Shown here: in pieces, positions 14,031-23,383 of the stretch
How positions within the stretch are numbered: the first letter of the stretch is position 1
Layout of the letters: each line of letters opens with the position of its first letter
Assembly: GCA_963777025.1 (NCBI GenBank)
Contig: CAVZOR010000006.1
Span: 175,874-239,873, forward strand
Source of the DNA: Parachlamydiales bacterium
GTDB taxonomy: Bacteria > Chlamydiota > Chlamydiia > Chlamydiales > Rhabdochlamydiaceae
DNA: 64,000 nt
Direction of reading: 5' to 3'
Made by a program: the position numbers and the translations under genes
The notes under the pieces: model-generated
The model's database searches: none
The model's input: only the letters and a program-made list of their open reading frames with translations
What the model was told of the DNA's origin: nothing

Positions 14031-15941
14031 CTACTGCGCAATTCCCTGGCTTTCCGCAAAGGCTCCGATTTCATGAAGAAACTCGTCCCGATTTACAAGG
14101 GGGTTTTCATCACAAAACCGATTAGCAGCGTCGATGAGAGGTGGCAGCTGATCGATAGCCTTATGGCCCTCGACATTGAAGAACATCTCCATAGCTTGTT
14201 CTTTAAAAACTTGCATTCCTTCCACTAATTCAATATTAACTCCTGGAAAACGGCCCTGTAGCACGCTGACAATCAATCTCTGCACCTTCCCTTCTTGACA
14301 GACCCTACCCATATAATACGACTCTTTGAGAGCAGAAATGATCCCTTCTTTTGCAATTGTCTGATCAAGCTCTGTTAACCCTGATGCAAAGATCCAAAGG
14401 CGGCCGATCATTTCTTCCCCTGATATTCCGAGCCCCGGGATACTATCGTTTCCATCAATAAGAGGTCCGAAATCGGCAGGATCGTGAGGCCCCTGAAGAG
14501 CGTGTTGGGCTAGTTGTTTGTGTTCAGAATTCATTTCGCGACGATTCAGATATTCCGTGAACTCCTCCACCGCCCGGATTATTCTATCTTCCGATATTCG
14601 ACCCTGACGTTCCCGCAGAAGGGCGATCGCTGCCGCTACTCGCTGGTCCCGATCGCCTTGGTGCACGTCAACACCCTGTTCCGCAGCAATACGACCATTT
14701 GCTCCCTCTCTGAGCCGTCGGACAAGGTGAGGTCTTTCATTTGCACGAGTACCAGCAATCGCCCGGATCATCGCAATTCTTTCAGGAGCCCGCATTCGAT
14801 CATTAATAACCTCAAGCGTGTGGTGCATCACGTTCGCTCTTTCCTGAGCGGGAACATTAGCAACCGTTACAAGGATCCCCATCCTTGAAGGCATACTCAT
14901 ATCTTGAGTAATAACCTGCAGCGTAAAATCTATGACATTATTTCTTTCGTTATCAGGTATACGGGCAACAGCCCGGATCAGGGCAACCCTCTCAGACCAC
15001 TCCATTTCCTGTGTCATCAGAAGAAGGGCCTTGCTAACCACCTCCTCCCTTTCCTGAACGGGAACATTTCTCACAGCTTCAAGGATGCTCACCCTTGAAA
15101 AGATCTTCATAACTTCAGTAATAACCCGCAATGCAAGAACGATAACATCATTTCTTTCGCTTCCAGGTATATCGGCAACAGTTCGGATCAGATCAGCCCT
15201 GTCAACACCCCCCATTTCCTGTGTTATCAGAAGAAGAGCCTTGCCAACCACTTCCTCTCTTTCCTGAGCGGAAACATCTCGCACAGCTCCAAGGATGCTC
15301 ACCCTTGAAAAGATCTTCATATCTTGAGTAATAACTCGCAATGCAAGAGCGATGACATCATTTCTTTCGTTACCGGATATACGGACAACAGCCCGGATCA
15401 GGTCAACCCTCTCAGACCACCCCATTTCCTGTGTCATCAAAAGAAGAGCCTTGCCAATCACTTCCTCTCTTTCCTGAGAGGGAATATCCCTCACGGTTCT
15501 AAGAATGGTCGCCCTTCCAGGGCCATGCATCCCCCGAGGAATAATCCGCAATGCAAAACCGATGACCTCATCCCTTTCCTTATCAGCTAAACTAGCAACA
15601 GCTTGGATCAGGTCAACCCTGTCAGATTCCCCCATTTCCGGTTTGACCAGCAATAAGGCACTTCTAAGGACCTTTTCTCTATCCAAAATTGGAATCTGAG
15701 CTAAGGCATTTTCAAAAGGCGTTCTCGCAAGAGACAAGGAAGACTCGGCCTCTCGATCTTGAAGCCGAAATGCCCCTCCAACAAAACAAGAGCCGATCAT
15801 TTGAAAGGGTTTAGCCATTGCAGTCACCACCCTATTCCCCACCGCAGTCACAGCTCCAAAAATAGTATAACGGTATTGACGATGGGACCCCAGTTCGTGA
15901 ATCGCTCTGCTTTGTTGTCTATTAAGTGTTATTTGTTGCAT
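14031..15941 (-). CDS. 35-aa repeat effector family member 4 (repeats plus conserved C-terminal domain)
   Basis: Start set at MQQITL by paralogy (shared upstream AAGGTTTAAATATTTT). C-terminal motifs GVDVHQGDRDQRV, DFGPLI, RLWIFA, GRVCQEGKVQRL. Confidence 0.88.
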   Translation of the reverse strand: MQQITLNRQQSRAIHELGSHRQYRYTIFGAVTAVGNRVVTAMAKPFQMIGSCFVGGAFRLQDREAESSLSLARTPFENALAQIPILDREKVLRSALLLVKPEMGESDRVDLIQAVASLADKERDEVIGFALRIIPRGMHGPGRATILRTVRDIPSQEREEVIGKALLLMTQEMGWSERVDLIRAVVRISGNERNDVIALALRVITQDMKIFSRVSILGAVRDVSAQEREEVVGKALLLITQEMGGVDRADLIRTVADIPGSERNDVIVLALRVITEVMKIFSRVSILEAVRNVPVQEREEVVSKALLLMTQEMEWSERVALIRAVARIPDNERNNVIDFTLQVITQDMSMPSRMGILVTVANVPAQERANVMHHTLEVINDRMRAPERIAMIRAIAGTRANERPHLVRRLREGANGRIAAEQGVDVHQGDRDQRVAAAIALLRERQGRISEDRIIRAVEEFTEYLNRREMNSEHKQLAQHALQGPHDPADFGPLIDGNDSIPGLGISGEEMIGRLWIFASGLTELDQTIAKEGIISALKESYYMGRVCQEGKVQRLIVSVLQGRFPGVNIELVEGMQVFKEQAMEMFFNVEGHKAIDQLPPLIDAANRFCDENPLVNRDEFLHEIGAFAESQGIAQ

Positions 15942-16159
15942 AAAATATTTAAACCTTTTTTTCAAATTATAAAAATATTTGAATAAAGTTGGATGGATAA
16001 TTGTATATCTTTTAAGACTATAATGAAATTTATAATGAAATTTTTAAATGTTTTAATTGCTATCGTAAATTCAAGCTACTGCAAACGACGGAAAAAAGCT
16101 ACGGTCCCTCTTTTTCAAATATCGACATGTATGGATTTTGCACCGCTCGCATTGAAAAG

Positions 16160-16234
16160 CGATCGTCCAACCCTGAGGTTTTGCCTGAGGTTTTGGTGGA
16201 GTTGAAACCCAAATTTTTCAGCTTACTTCGGTAT
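16160..16234. mobile_element. MITE half-copy overlapping the 3' end of member 5
   Basis: gatcgtccaaccctgagg...cccaaatttttcagcttacttcggtatc; encodes the gene's terminal TEVS-stop. Confidence 0.75.
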
Positions 16235-18029
16235 CCTTCTGACCAAATTGGGCTTCGGCATAGGCTTTGATTTCATCAAGAAACTCGTCCCGATTTACAA
16301 GGGGATTTTGATCACAAAACCGATTGGCCGCCTCGATGAGTGGCAGCAACTGCTCGATAGCCCGATGGGCTTCCACACTAAAGAACACACCGACAGCTTG
16401 TTCTTTAAAAACCCGCCTTCCTTCTATTAATTCAATATTAATTCCTGGGAAACGGCCTTGTAGCACGCTAACGATCAACCTCTGCACCTTCCCTTCCTGA
16501 CAGACTCTACCCATGTCTTGCGAGTCTTTGAGAGCAGAAATGATCCCTTCTTTTGCCATTGTCTGATCAAGCTCTGTTAACCCTGATGCAAAGACCCAAA
16601 GACGGCCGATCATTTCTTTCCCTGATATTCCGAGCCCCGGGATGCTATCGTTTCCATTGATAAGAGGTCCGAAATCGGCAGGATCGTCAGGCCCCTGAAG
16701 AGCATGTTGGGCTAATCGTTTGTGTTCAGAGGTCATTTCGCGCTCATTGAGATATTTCGTGAACTCCTGAACCGCCCGGGTCATTCTATTTCTCGATATC
16801 TGACCCTGACGTTCCCGAAGGAGGTTGATCGCAGCGACAACTCGTTGATCGCGATCCCCTTGGTGCACGTCAACACCCTGTGCTGCAGCAGCACGGGCAT
16901 CCAGAAAAATATTCCCTCCCTCTCTGAAGTGTTGGACAAGGTGAGGTCTTTCATCGGCAGAAGCATGGGCCATGCGCTGGATCATCCTAATTCTTTCGTG
17001 AGCATTCATTTGATCTTCCATGATCTGAAGTGCGCTTCCCAGGACGCTCTCTCTTTCCTCAGCAGAAACACCAGCCACAGCTCTAAGGATGGCGACTCCT
17101 TCAACGGCTCTCATCCCTGGAGTAATAACCTGCAATACAGAAACGGTGACACCCTCTCTTTCGTGAACAGGTATATTGGCAATCGCTTCGATCAGCTCAT
17201 AGATGTCATCCCAATCCGTTATTCCCTCTGAGACCAGAAGAGCGTTGGTAACCACTTGATCTCTTTCCCTAGCGGGAACATTAACCACAGCTCTAAAGAT
17301 CTCGACCCTGTGATCCCCCCCGGTTTCTCGGGTAATAGCCCGCAATGCACAAGCTGCGATCCCCTTTCTTTCGTTAGCAGGGACTTTGGCAGTCGTTTTG
17401 ATCAGGGCAACCGTATTACAATCATTCACCTCCTGTGAGCCGAGAAGAAGAAGAACGTTGCTAACCACCTGCTCTCTTTCCTGAGGAAGAATATTAGCCA
17501 CAGCTCGAAGAACGCTCACCTTTGCAGAGATCTTCATCTTTTGAGTAATCCCCCGCAATGTATGAGCGATGAGATCATCTTTTTCGTTACAAAGTATACT
17601 GGCAACAGCTTCGATCAGGTCAACCCTGTCAGATTCCCCCATTTCCTGTGTCATCATGAGAAAGGCGTTTTTAACCCGTTCAGCTCTTTTCTGAGAGGGA
17701 ACATCAATCGGAGTTTTGAAGGTTTTCCATATTTTAACCTCTCTCATTTCCGGTTCGGCCAGCAACAACGCCCTTCTAAGAACCTTCTCTCTATCCAAAA
17801 CGAAAATCCGATCTAGGGTATTGTCGAAAGACGTTCCCAAAAAACACGAGAAAGAGTCGGGTGCTCGATCTTTAAGCCAACATGCCGCCCCAACAAAACA
17901 AGAACCGATCATTTGAAAGGGTTTAGCCACCGCAGTCACGACTCCAAAATGAGCAGCACGGTATCCATGATGGGGCTCCGGTTCACGAAATTCCCTGTTT
18001 ACTGGCCTATCAAAAGCTATCTGTTGCAT
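16218..18029 (-). CDS. 35-aa repeat effector family member 5 (repeats plus C-terminal domain)
   Basis: MQQIAFDR start, about 8 repeats, same C-terminal motifs as member 4. Confidence 0.88.
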   Translation of the reverse strand: MQQIAFDRPVNREFREPEPHHGYRAAHFGVVTAVAKPFQMIGSCFVGAACWLKDRAPDSFSCFLGTSFDNTLDRIFVLDREKVLRRALLLAEPEMREVKIWKTFKTPIDVPSQKRAERVKNAFLMMTQEMGESDRVDLIEAVASILCNEKDDLIAHTLRGITQKMKISAKVSVLRAVANILPQEREQVVSNVLLLLGSQEVNDCNTVALIKTTAKVPANERKGIAACALRAITRETGGDHRVEIFRAVVNVPARERDQVVTNALLVSEGITDWDDIYELIEAIANIPVHEREGVTVSVLQVITPGMRAVEGVAILRAVAGVSAEERESVLGSALQIMEDQMNAHERIRMIQRMAHASADERPHLVQHFREGGNIFLDARAAAAQGVDVHQGDRDQRVVAAINLLRERQGQISRNRMTRAVQEFTKYLNEREMTSEHKRLAQHALQGPDDPADFGPLINGNDSIPGLGISGKEMIGRLWVFASGLTELDQTMAKEGIISALKDSQDMGRVCQEGKVQRLIVSVLQGRFPGINIELIEGRRVFKEQAVGVFFSVEAHRAIEQLLPLIEAANRFCDQNPLVNRDEFLDEIKAYAEAQFGQKDTEVS

Positions 18030-18324
18030 AAAATATTTAAACCTTTTTAATATTATATTTTTAAAATTATAAAAAATTGAATATAGTTAGATTAAAAATT
18101 GTATAGTTTTTAATGCTAAAATACAATTTATAATGAAATTTTTAATCGTGTTAATTACTATTATTAAATACTTTAATTGCTATTGTGCATTCGAGCCGCT
18201 GCGAAAAACGGAAAAGCCAACGACCCGTTTTGGGATAAGGCGTTCCAAAAGAAAAGATTTTTTTTGAAAAATTACAAACAAAGGCTAGGCGTCCTCAGAA
18301 GAACCCCGTATTCTATTGCAGCCT

Positions 18325-18480
18325 ACAACCGAAGGGAGCTGAAAAATTGGGCCTGGCCCCCACCCAAAGCCCCTGCCCCCACCAAAGCCCCTGCAAAGGG
18401 CTGAGGGTTGGACGACCGCAACTTACCCGAGTGAGCTAAGGGGGGCCCCCAAGTCCAAATTTTTCAGTTTTCTTGGGCAT
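18325..18480. mobile_element. Degenerate, nested MITE copy
   Basis: accgaagggagctgaaaaattggg...ggttggacgaccgcaact-tacccgagtgagct...ccaaatttttcagttttcttgggcat. Confidence 0.7.
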
Positions 18481-20608
18481 CCTCTTGAGCAAATTCGATT
18501 TCTGCATAGTCTTCGACTAATTGAAGAAACTCGTCCCGATTTACAAGGGGGTTTTCATCACAAAACCGATTGGCAGCCTCGATGAGAGGCGGCAACTCTC
18601 TGATAGCCTGATGGGCTTCCAAACTGAAGAACATCTCGGCAGCTACTTCTTTAGCAACTTGCATTCCTTCCTCTAATTCAATATTAATATCTGCAAGACG
18701 ACCTTGTAAGACGCTGACGATCAACCTCTGCACCTTTCCTTTTTGACAGACCCTACCCACGTTGTAGGAGTCTTTGAGAGCAGAAATGATCCCTTCTTTT
18801 GCCATTGCCTGCTCAAGTTCTGTTAACCCCGACGCAAAAATCCAAAGACGGGCGATCATTTCTTCTCCTGATATTCCGAGCCCCGGAATAGTATCGCTTC
18901 CATTGATAAGAGGCCCGAAATCGGCAGTATCGCGAGGCCCCTGAAGAGCGTGTTGGGCTAATCGTTTGTCTTCAGAATTCATTTCGCGCTCATCGAGATA
19001 TTTCGTGAACTCCTGAACCGCCCCGGTCATTCTAACTTTCGATATCTGACCCTGACGTTCTCGAAGCAGGTTGATCGCAGCGACGACTCGTTGATCGCGA
19101 TCCCCGTCGTGCACGTTAACACCCGGTGGTGGAGCAAAACCAAAATCGTCCCTTCTCCAAATAACAAAACCCTCCCTTCTCCAAATAACAAAACCCTCCC
19201 TTTCCTGAATAAATTGTTGGGCAACGAAAGGCCTTTCAGCGGCAGGAACATCAGCCAGGGCCACGATCACCCTAACTATTTCGTCAACCCACATTTGACC
19301 ATCAATGACCTGAGCCAGGTGTTCCATGACGTTCTGTCTTTCCTGAGCGGGAACATTAGCCACAGCGGTAAAGATCTCCATCCTTTCCGACATCATCCTT
19401 TCCCTTTGTGCAGGAAGATTAATAATTGTTAATGCAAAATCTACGACTTCATCTCTTTCATTACCAGGCGTACGAAGAACAGCTTGAATCAAGTTAAGCC
19501 TGTTATTCCACGTATTATGAAGATCCCACAGCTGCGGCATCAGACGAAGAGCGTTGCCAATCACTGGACGCCTTTCCCGAGCGGGAATGTCAAGCACAGC
19601 TGTTAGAGCGGCCTTTCTTTCACTGGCGCCCAGCCTCGGAATAATAAGCTCCAATGCAAGATCGATGACATCACCGATTTCGTCAACAGGTATACTGGCA
19701 ATAAGGCGGATCAGCTCAACCGTGTAATTCCAAGCGATGTCCTGTCTGACCACAAAAAGAAACTTGGTAACGAATTGATCTCTTGCCTGAGCGGGAACTT
19801 TAGCAATAGCTCTGAAGAGCTCCACCTTAGCTCTGAAGAGCTCCACCTTTCGATCGAGCCCCATCCCTGGAATAATAAGCAATACAGAGGCCATGACTCC
19901 ATTTCTTTCGTTAGCAGGCACACCCGCAATCGTTTCGATCAGGTTAACCGTGTCAACCTCACTCACTCCCTTTAGGCCCGGAACACTCTCCAGAATAAGA
20001 AGAACATTACTAACCACCTGCTCTCTATCCTCATCGGGAATATTAGCCACAGCTCGAAGGACGCTCACCTTTTCAGAGATCTTCATCTTTTGAGTAATAA
20101 CCAGCAATGCATGACCTACGGCATCATCTTTTTCACTACCAAGTATACTAGCAACGGCTTGGATCAGATCAACCCTGTCAGACTCCCGCATGTCCAATGT
20201 CATCTGAAGAAAGCGGGCTTTAAGCATTTCAGCTCTTTGCTGAGCAGGGGCCTGAGCGGGAGCATAAATCAGAATCCCGGGCGTTTCCCATGCTTTAAAC
20301 TGTTCCGGCATGGCCAGTAACAAGGCCCTTCTAAGAACCTTCTCTCTATCCAAATCAAAAATTCGATCTAGGGTATTGTCTAAAGGCGTTCCCCAAAAAT
20401 ACGAGAAAGAGTCAGTCGCTCGATCTTTAAGCCAAAATGCCCCCCCAACAAAACCAGAGCCGATCATTTGAAACGATTTAGCCACTGCAGTCATGACTCT
20501 ATTACCTTGCGGAGGCACTAATCCAAAAATAGCGGGATCGTGTCCAGTCTTAAGCAGCAGCTCGTAAAATTCTTTGCTTAGTTGCCCGTTATGTCCTATG
20601 TTTTGCAT
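18464..20608 (-). CDS. 35-aa repeat effector family member 6 (repeats plus C-terminal domain)
   Basis: Start set at MQNIGH by paralogy; short in-frame duplications; motifs GVNVHDGDRDQRV and GRVCQKGKVQRL. Confidence 0.86.
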   Translation of the reverse strand: MQNIGHNGQLSKEFYELLLKTGHDPAIFGLVPPQGNRVMTAVAKSFQMIGSGFVGGAFWLKDRATDSFSYFWGTPLDNTLDRIFDLDREKVLRRALLLAMPEQFKAWETPGILIYAPAQAPAQQRAEMLKARFLQMTLDMRESDRVDLIQAVASILGSEKDDAVGHALLVITQKMKISEKVSVLRAVANIPDEDREQVVSNVLLILESVPGLKGVSEVDTVNLIETIAGVPANERNGVMASVLLIIPGMGLDRKVELFRAKVELFRAIAKVPAQARDQFVTKFLFVVRQDIAWNYTVELIRLIASIPVDEIGDVIDLALELIIPRLGASERKAALTAVLDIPARERRPVIGNALRLMPQLWDLHNTWNNRLNLIQAVLRTPGNERDEVVDFALTIINLPAQRERMMSERMEIFTAVANVPAQERQNVMEHLAQVIDGQMWVDEIVRVIVALADVPAAERPFVAQQFIQEREGFVIWRREGFVIWRRDDFGFAPPPGVNVHDGDRDQRVVAAINLLRERQGQISKVRMTGAVQEFTKYLDEREMNSEDKRLAQHALQGPRDTADFGPLINGSDTIPGLGISGEEMIARLWIFASGLTELEQAMAKEGIISALKDSYNVGRVCQKGKVQRLIVSVLQGRLADINIELEEGMQVAKEVAAEMFFSLEAHQAIRELPPLIEAANRFCDENPLVNRDEFLQLVEDYAEIEFAQEDAQEN

Positions 20609-20772
20609 AATATTTAAACCTCTAATAAAATTATATCGATAATTATATTCTTCTTTAATATTATAATTCAATACTAATGCTTTAATTACTATTATTCTTC
20701 TAATTTTAAATGTGTTAATTATTGAAATTATTTAGAAATTAAATTTTTAGTATATAGGTCTGACAACCAGGG

Positions 20773-21345
20773 CTATGGTATTAGTCAAATCACCGCCTAC
20801 AAAATCATTAGGTGGGTCGAAGAGTCTTTAATCAAACACCCGGCCTTCACTTTACCAGGTCGTAAAACCCTCTTAAGAAGGGATCTTGTTTTAATGGGCC
20901 CGACAGAAACGCTTATTGAAAGACCAAAAAAAGCAAAAACACTTCTGCTAAGAAAAGAAGAAGAAGCGCATGCTAAAGAACCAAATTGCTGTGAACGAAA
21001 AAAATCAACAAATTATGTGCACAGCGTTTGCGAATAGGGAATGGCACGATTTCAGATTATTCAAGAAGTCAAAAATACGGTTGCACCCATCAATATACCG
21101 AAATGAGTTGAAAACTTGGATTTGGACCCCGCCAAAGCCCCTGGGAAGGTCTAAAGGTTGGACGATCGCAACTAGCCCGCATTTCTCAATACGAGCGACG
21201 TTGCGATAAGATCCAACCGCGAGGACTTTCGCGACGGTCCAAATCCAAGTTTTCAGCTTATTTCGGTATAAACGTCATCACCGACAGCGGCTATCGGGGC
21301 CTTCAGAAGATTTACGCCAAACAAAAATTCTGCGCCCTCAGAAGG
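20773..21345 (+). pseudogene. IS5-family (ISL2/IS1381-like, DDE_Tnp_4 type) transposase remnant interrupted by a MITE
   Basis: Fragments YGISQITAYKIIRWVEESLIK..FTLPGRK, TETLIERPKK, HDFRLFKKSKIRLHPSI|NVITDSGYRGLQKI, spread over several frames. Confidence 0.8.
21094..21270. mobile_element. Full-length MITE (177 bp including both TA), reference copy
   Basis: TATACCGAAATGAGTTGAAAACTTGGATTTGGACC...GGTCCAAATCCAAGTTTTCAGCTTATTTCGGTATA. Removing it plus one TA restores the transposase frame. Confidence 0.92.
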
Positions 21346-21364
21346 CTCCCGCACCTATCGCAGC

Positions 21365-23179
21365 CTACCCCCAAGTGACTTGCGCATAGTTTTCGACTTC
21401 ACGAAGAAACTCGTCCCGATTTACAAGGGGGTTTTCATCACAAAACCGATTGGCAGCCTCGATGAGAGGCGGCAACTCTCTGATAGCCTGATGGGCTTCC
21501 AAACTGAAGAACATCTCGGCAGCTACTTCTTTAGTAACTTGCATTCCTTCCTCTAATTCAATATTAATATCTGCAAGACGACCTTGTAAGACGCTGACGA
21601 TCAACCTCTGCACCTTTCCTTTTTGACAGACCCTACCCACGTTGTAGGAGTCTTTGAGAGCAGAAATGATCCCTTCTTTTGCCATTGCCTGCTCAAGTTC
21701 TGTTAACCCCGACGCAAAAATCCAAAGACGGGCGATCATTTCTTTCCCTGATATTCCGAGCCCCTCGATCGTATCGTTTCCATTGATAAGAGGCCCGAAA
21801 TCGGCAGAATCATGAGGGCCCTGAAGAGCATGTTCGGCTAGTCGTTTGTGTTCAGAATTCATTTTGCACTCACTGAGATATTTCGTGAACTCCTGCACCG
21901 CCCCGGTCATTCTACCTTTCGATATCTGACCCTGACGTTCCCGAAGGAGGTTGATCGCAGCGACGACTCGTTCATCGCGATCCCCTTCATGGACGTTAAC
22001 ACCCTGTGCAGCGGCAGCAGGGGCATCGAGAAAAATATCGCCTCCCTCTCTGAACCGTTGGACAAGGTTAGGTCTTTGATCGGCGGGAGCAAGAGCCATG
22101 CGCTGGATCACCCTAATTCTGTCGCGAGCCTCCATTTGATCATCAATGATCTGATTGGCGTTTCCCATAACGTCCTCTCTCTCCTCAGCGGGAACATCAG
22201 CCACAACTCCAATGATGGCCACCCTTCCAGCCGCTCCTATCCCTGGAACAATAACCTGCAATGCAGAAACGGTGACACCACCTCTTTCGTGAGCGGGTAT
22301 ATTGGCAATGGCCTCGATCAGCTCATCCGTGTTATTCCAATCCTCTATTCCCTGTGGGACAAAAAGAAGAGCGTTGTCAACCACTTGATCTCTTTCTTCA
22401 GCAGGAAGATTAGCCAAAGCTCTAAAGATCATCAACCTCGCAAACCCCCCCGCCTCTGGGGTAACGGCCCGCAATGCAGAAGTTGTGACACCATTTCTTT
22501 CGTTAGTAGGTAAATCGGCAATCGTTTGGATTAGGGCAACCGTGTTAACCTCATTCACTTCCTGTTGTCCCATAAGAAGAAGAACGTTGCTAACCACCTG
22601 CTCCCTTTCCTCAGCTAAAATATTAGCCACAGCTCGAAGGACGATCACCTTTGCAGAGATCTTCATGTTTTGAGTAATAAGCGACAACGTAAAAGCTATC
22701 TCATCATCTTTTTCGTTACTAAGTATACTACCAACGGCTTCGATCAGATTAACCCTATCGGACTCCCTCATGCCCTGTGTCAGCAAAAAAAAGGCATTTT
22801 TAGCCGCCGTAGCTTTGTCCTGAGCCGGGATCAGCATCGCTGATTCGAAGATTTTCCTTGTTTCAACCTCTCCCATTTTCGGGTTAGCCAGCAACAAGGC
22901 CCTTCTAAGAACCTTCTCTCTATCCAAAACGAAAATCCGAGCTAGGGCGTTGTCGAAAGGCTTTCCCCAAAAATACGAGAAAGAGTCGGTCGCTCGATCT
23001 TTAAGCCAAGATGTCGCCCCAAAAAAATAAGAGCCGATCATTTGAAGAGGTTTAGCCACCGCAGCCACTACTCTATTACGCCTAATACCCGCTGCAATGA
23101 ATGCGCCCCGACGCCCATGATGGAGCACCAGGTCGACAAGCTCTCTGTCTGGTAGCCGGTTATCTCCTATCTGTTGCAT
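21365..23179 (-). CDS. 35-aa repeat effector family member 7 (repeats plus C-terminal domain)
   Basis: MQQIGDN start, about 8 repeats, C-terminal domain nearly identical to member 6. Confidence 0.88.
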   Translation of the reverse strand: MQQIGDNRLPDRELVDLVLHHGRRGAFIAAGIRRNRVVAAVAKPLQMIGSYFFGATSWLKDRATDSFSYFWGKPFDNALARIFVLDREKVLRRALLLANPKMGEVETRKIFESAMLIPAQDKATAAKNAFFLLTQGMRESDRVNLIEAVGSILSNEKDDEIAFTLSLITQNMKISAKVIVLRAVANILAEEREQVVSNVLLLMGQQEVNEVNTVALIQTIADLPTNERNGVTTSALRAVTPEAGGFARLMIFRALANLPAEERDQVVDNALLFVPQGIEDWNNTDELIEAIANIPAHERGGVTVSALQVIVPGIGAAGRVAIIGVVADVPAEEREDVMGNANQIIDDQMEARDRIRVIQRMALAPADQRPNLVQRFREGGDIFLDAPAAAAQGVNVHEGDRDERVVAAINLLRERQGQISKGRMTGAVQEFTKYLSECKMNSEHKRLAEHALQGPHDSADFGPLINGNDTIEGLGISGKEMIARLWIFASGLTELEQAMAKEGIISALKDSYNVGRVCQKGKVQRLIVSVLQGRLADINIELEEGMQVTKEVAAEMFFSLEAHQAIRELPPLIEAANRFCDENPLVNRDEFLREVENYAQVTWG

Positions 23180-23338
23180 AATATTTAAACCTTTAATAAA
23201 ATTAGATATACAATTATATGTTTTTTAATATTAAGATTCAATCTTGGCGATTTAGTTACCATTACAATTATTATTAGAATTATTTTGAAAATAAATTTTT
23301 AGTATACAGGTCCGTCAGCAGTGACAGAGGAGAAGTGA

Positions 23339-23383
23339 AGTTTGCGACGGTCTAAATTCCAGTTTTTCAGCTCACTCGGGTAT
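23339..23383. mobile_element. MITE end providing the stop codon of the adjacent gene
   Basis: tttgcgacggtctaaattccagtttttcagctcactcgggtat. Confidence 0.7.

Noticed and set aside
9530-22673. Recurrent antisense ORFs in the repeat genes (e.g. 9530-10219, 12172-12558, 21848-22513)
   Set aside because: These are shadows of the repetitive sense ORFs, with no independent start signals or motifs
9353-23179. Diversity-generating retroelement acting on the paralog array
   Set aside because: No reverse transcriptase is in the window, and the near-identical segments do not show adenine-specific differences
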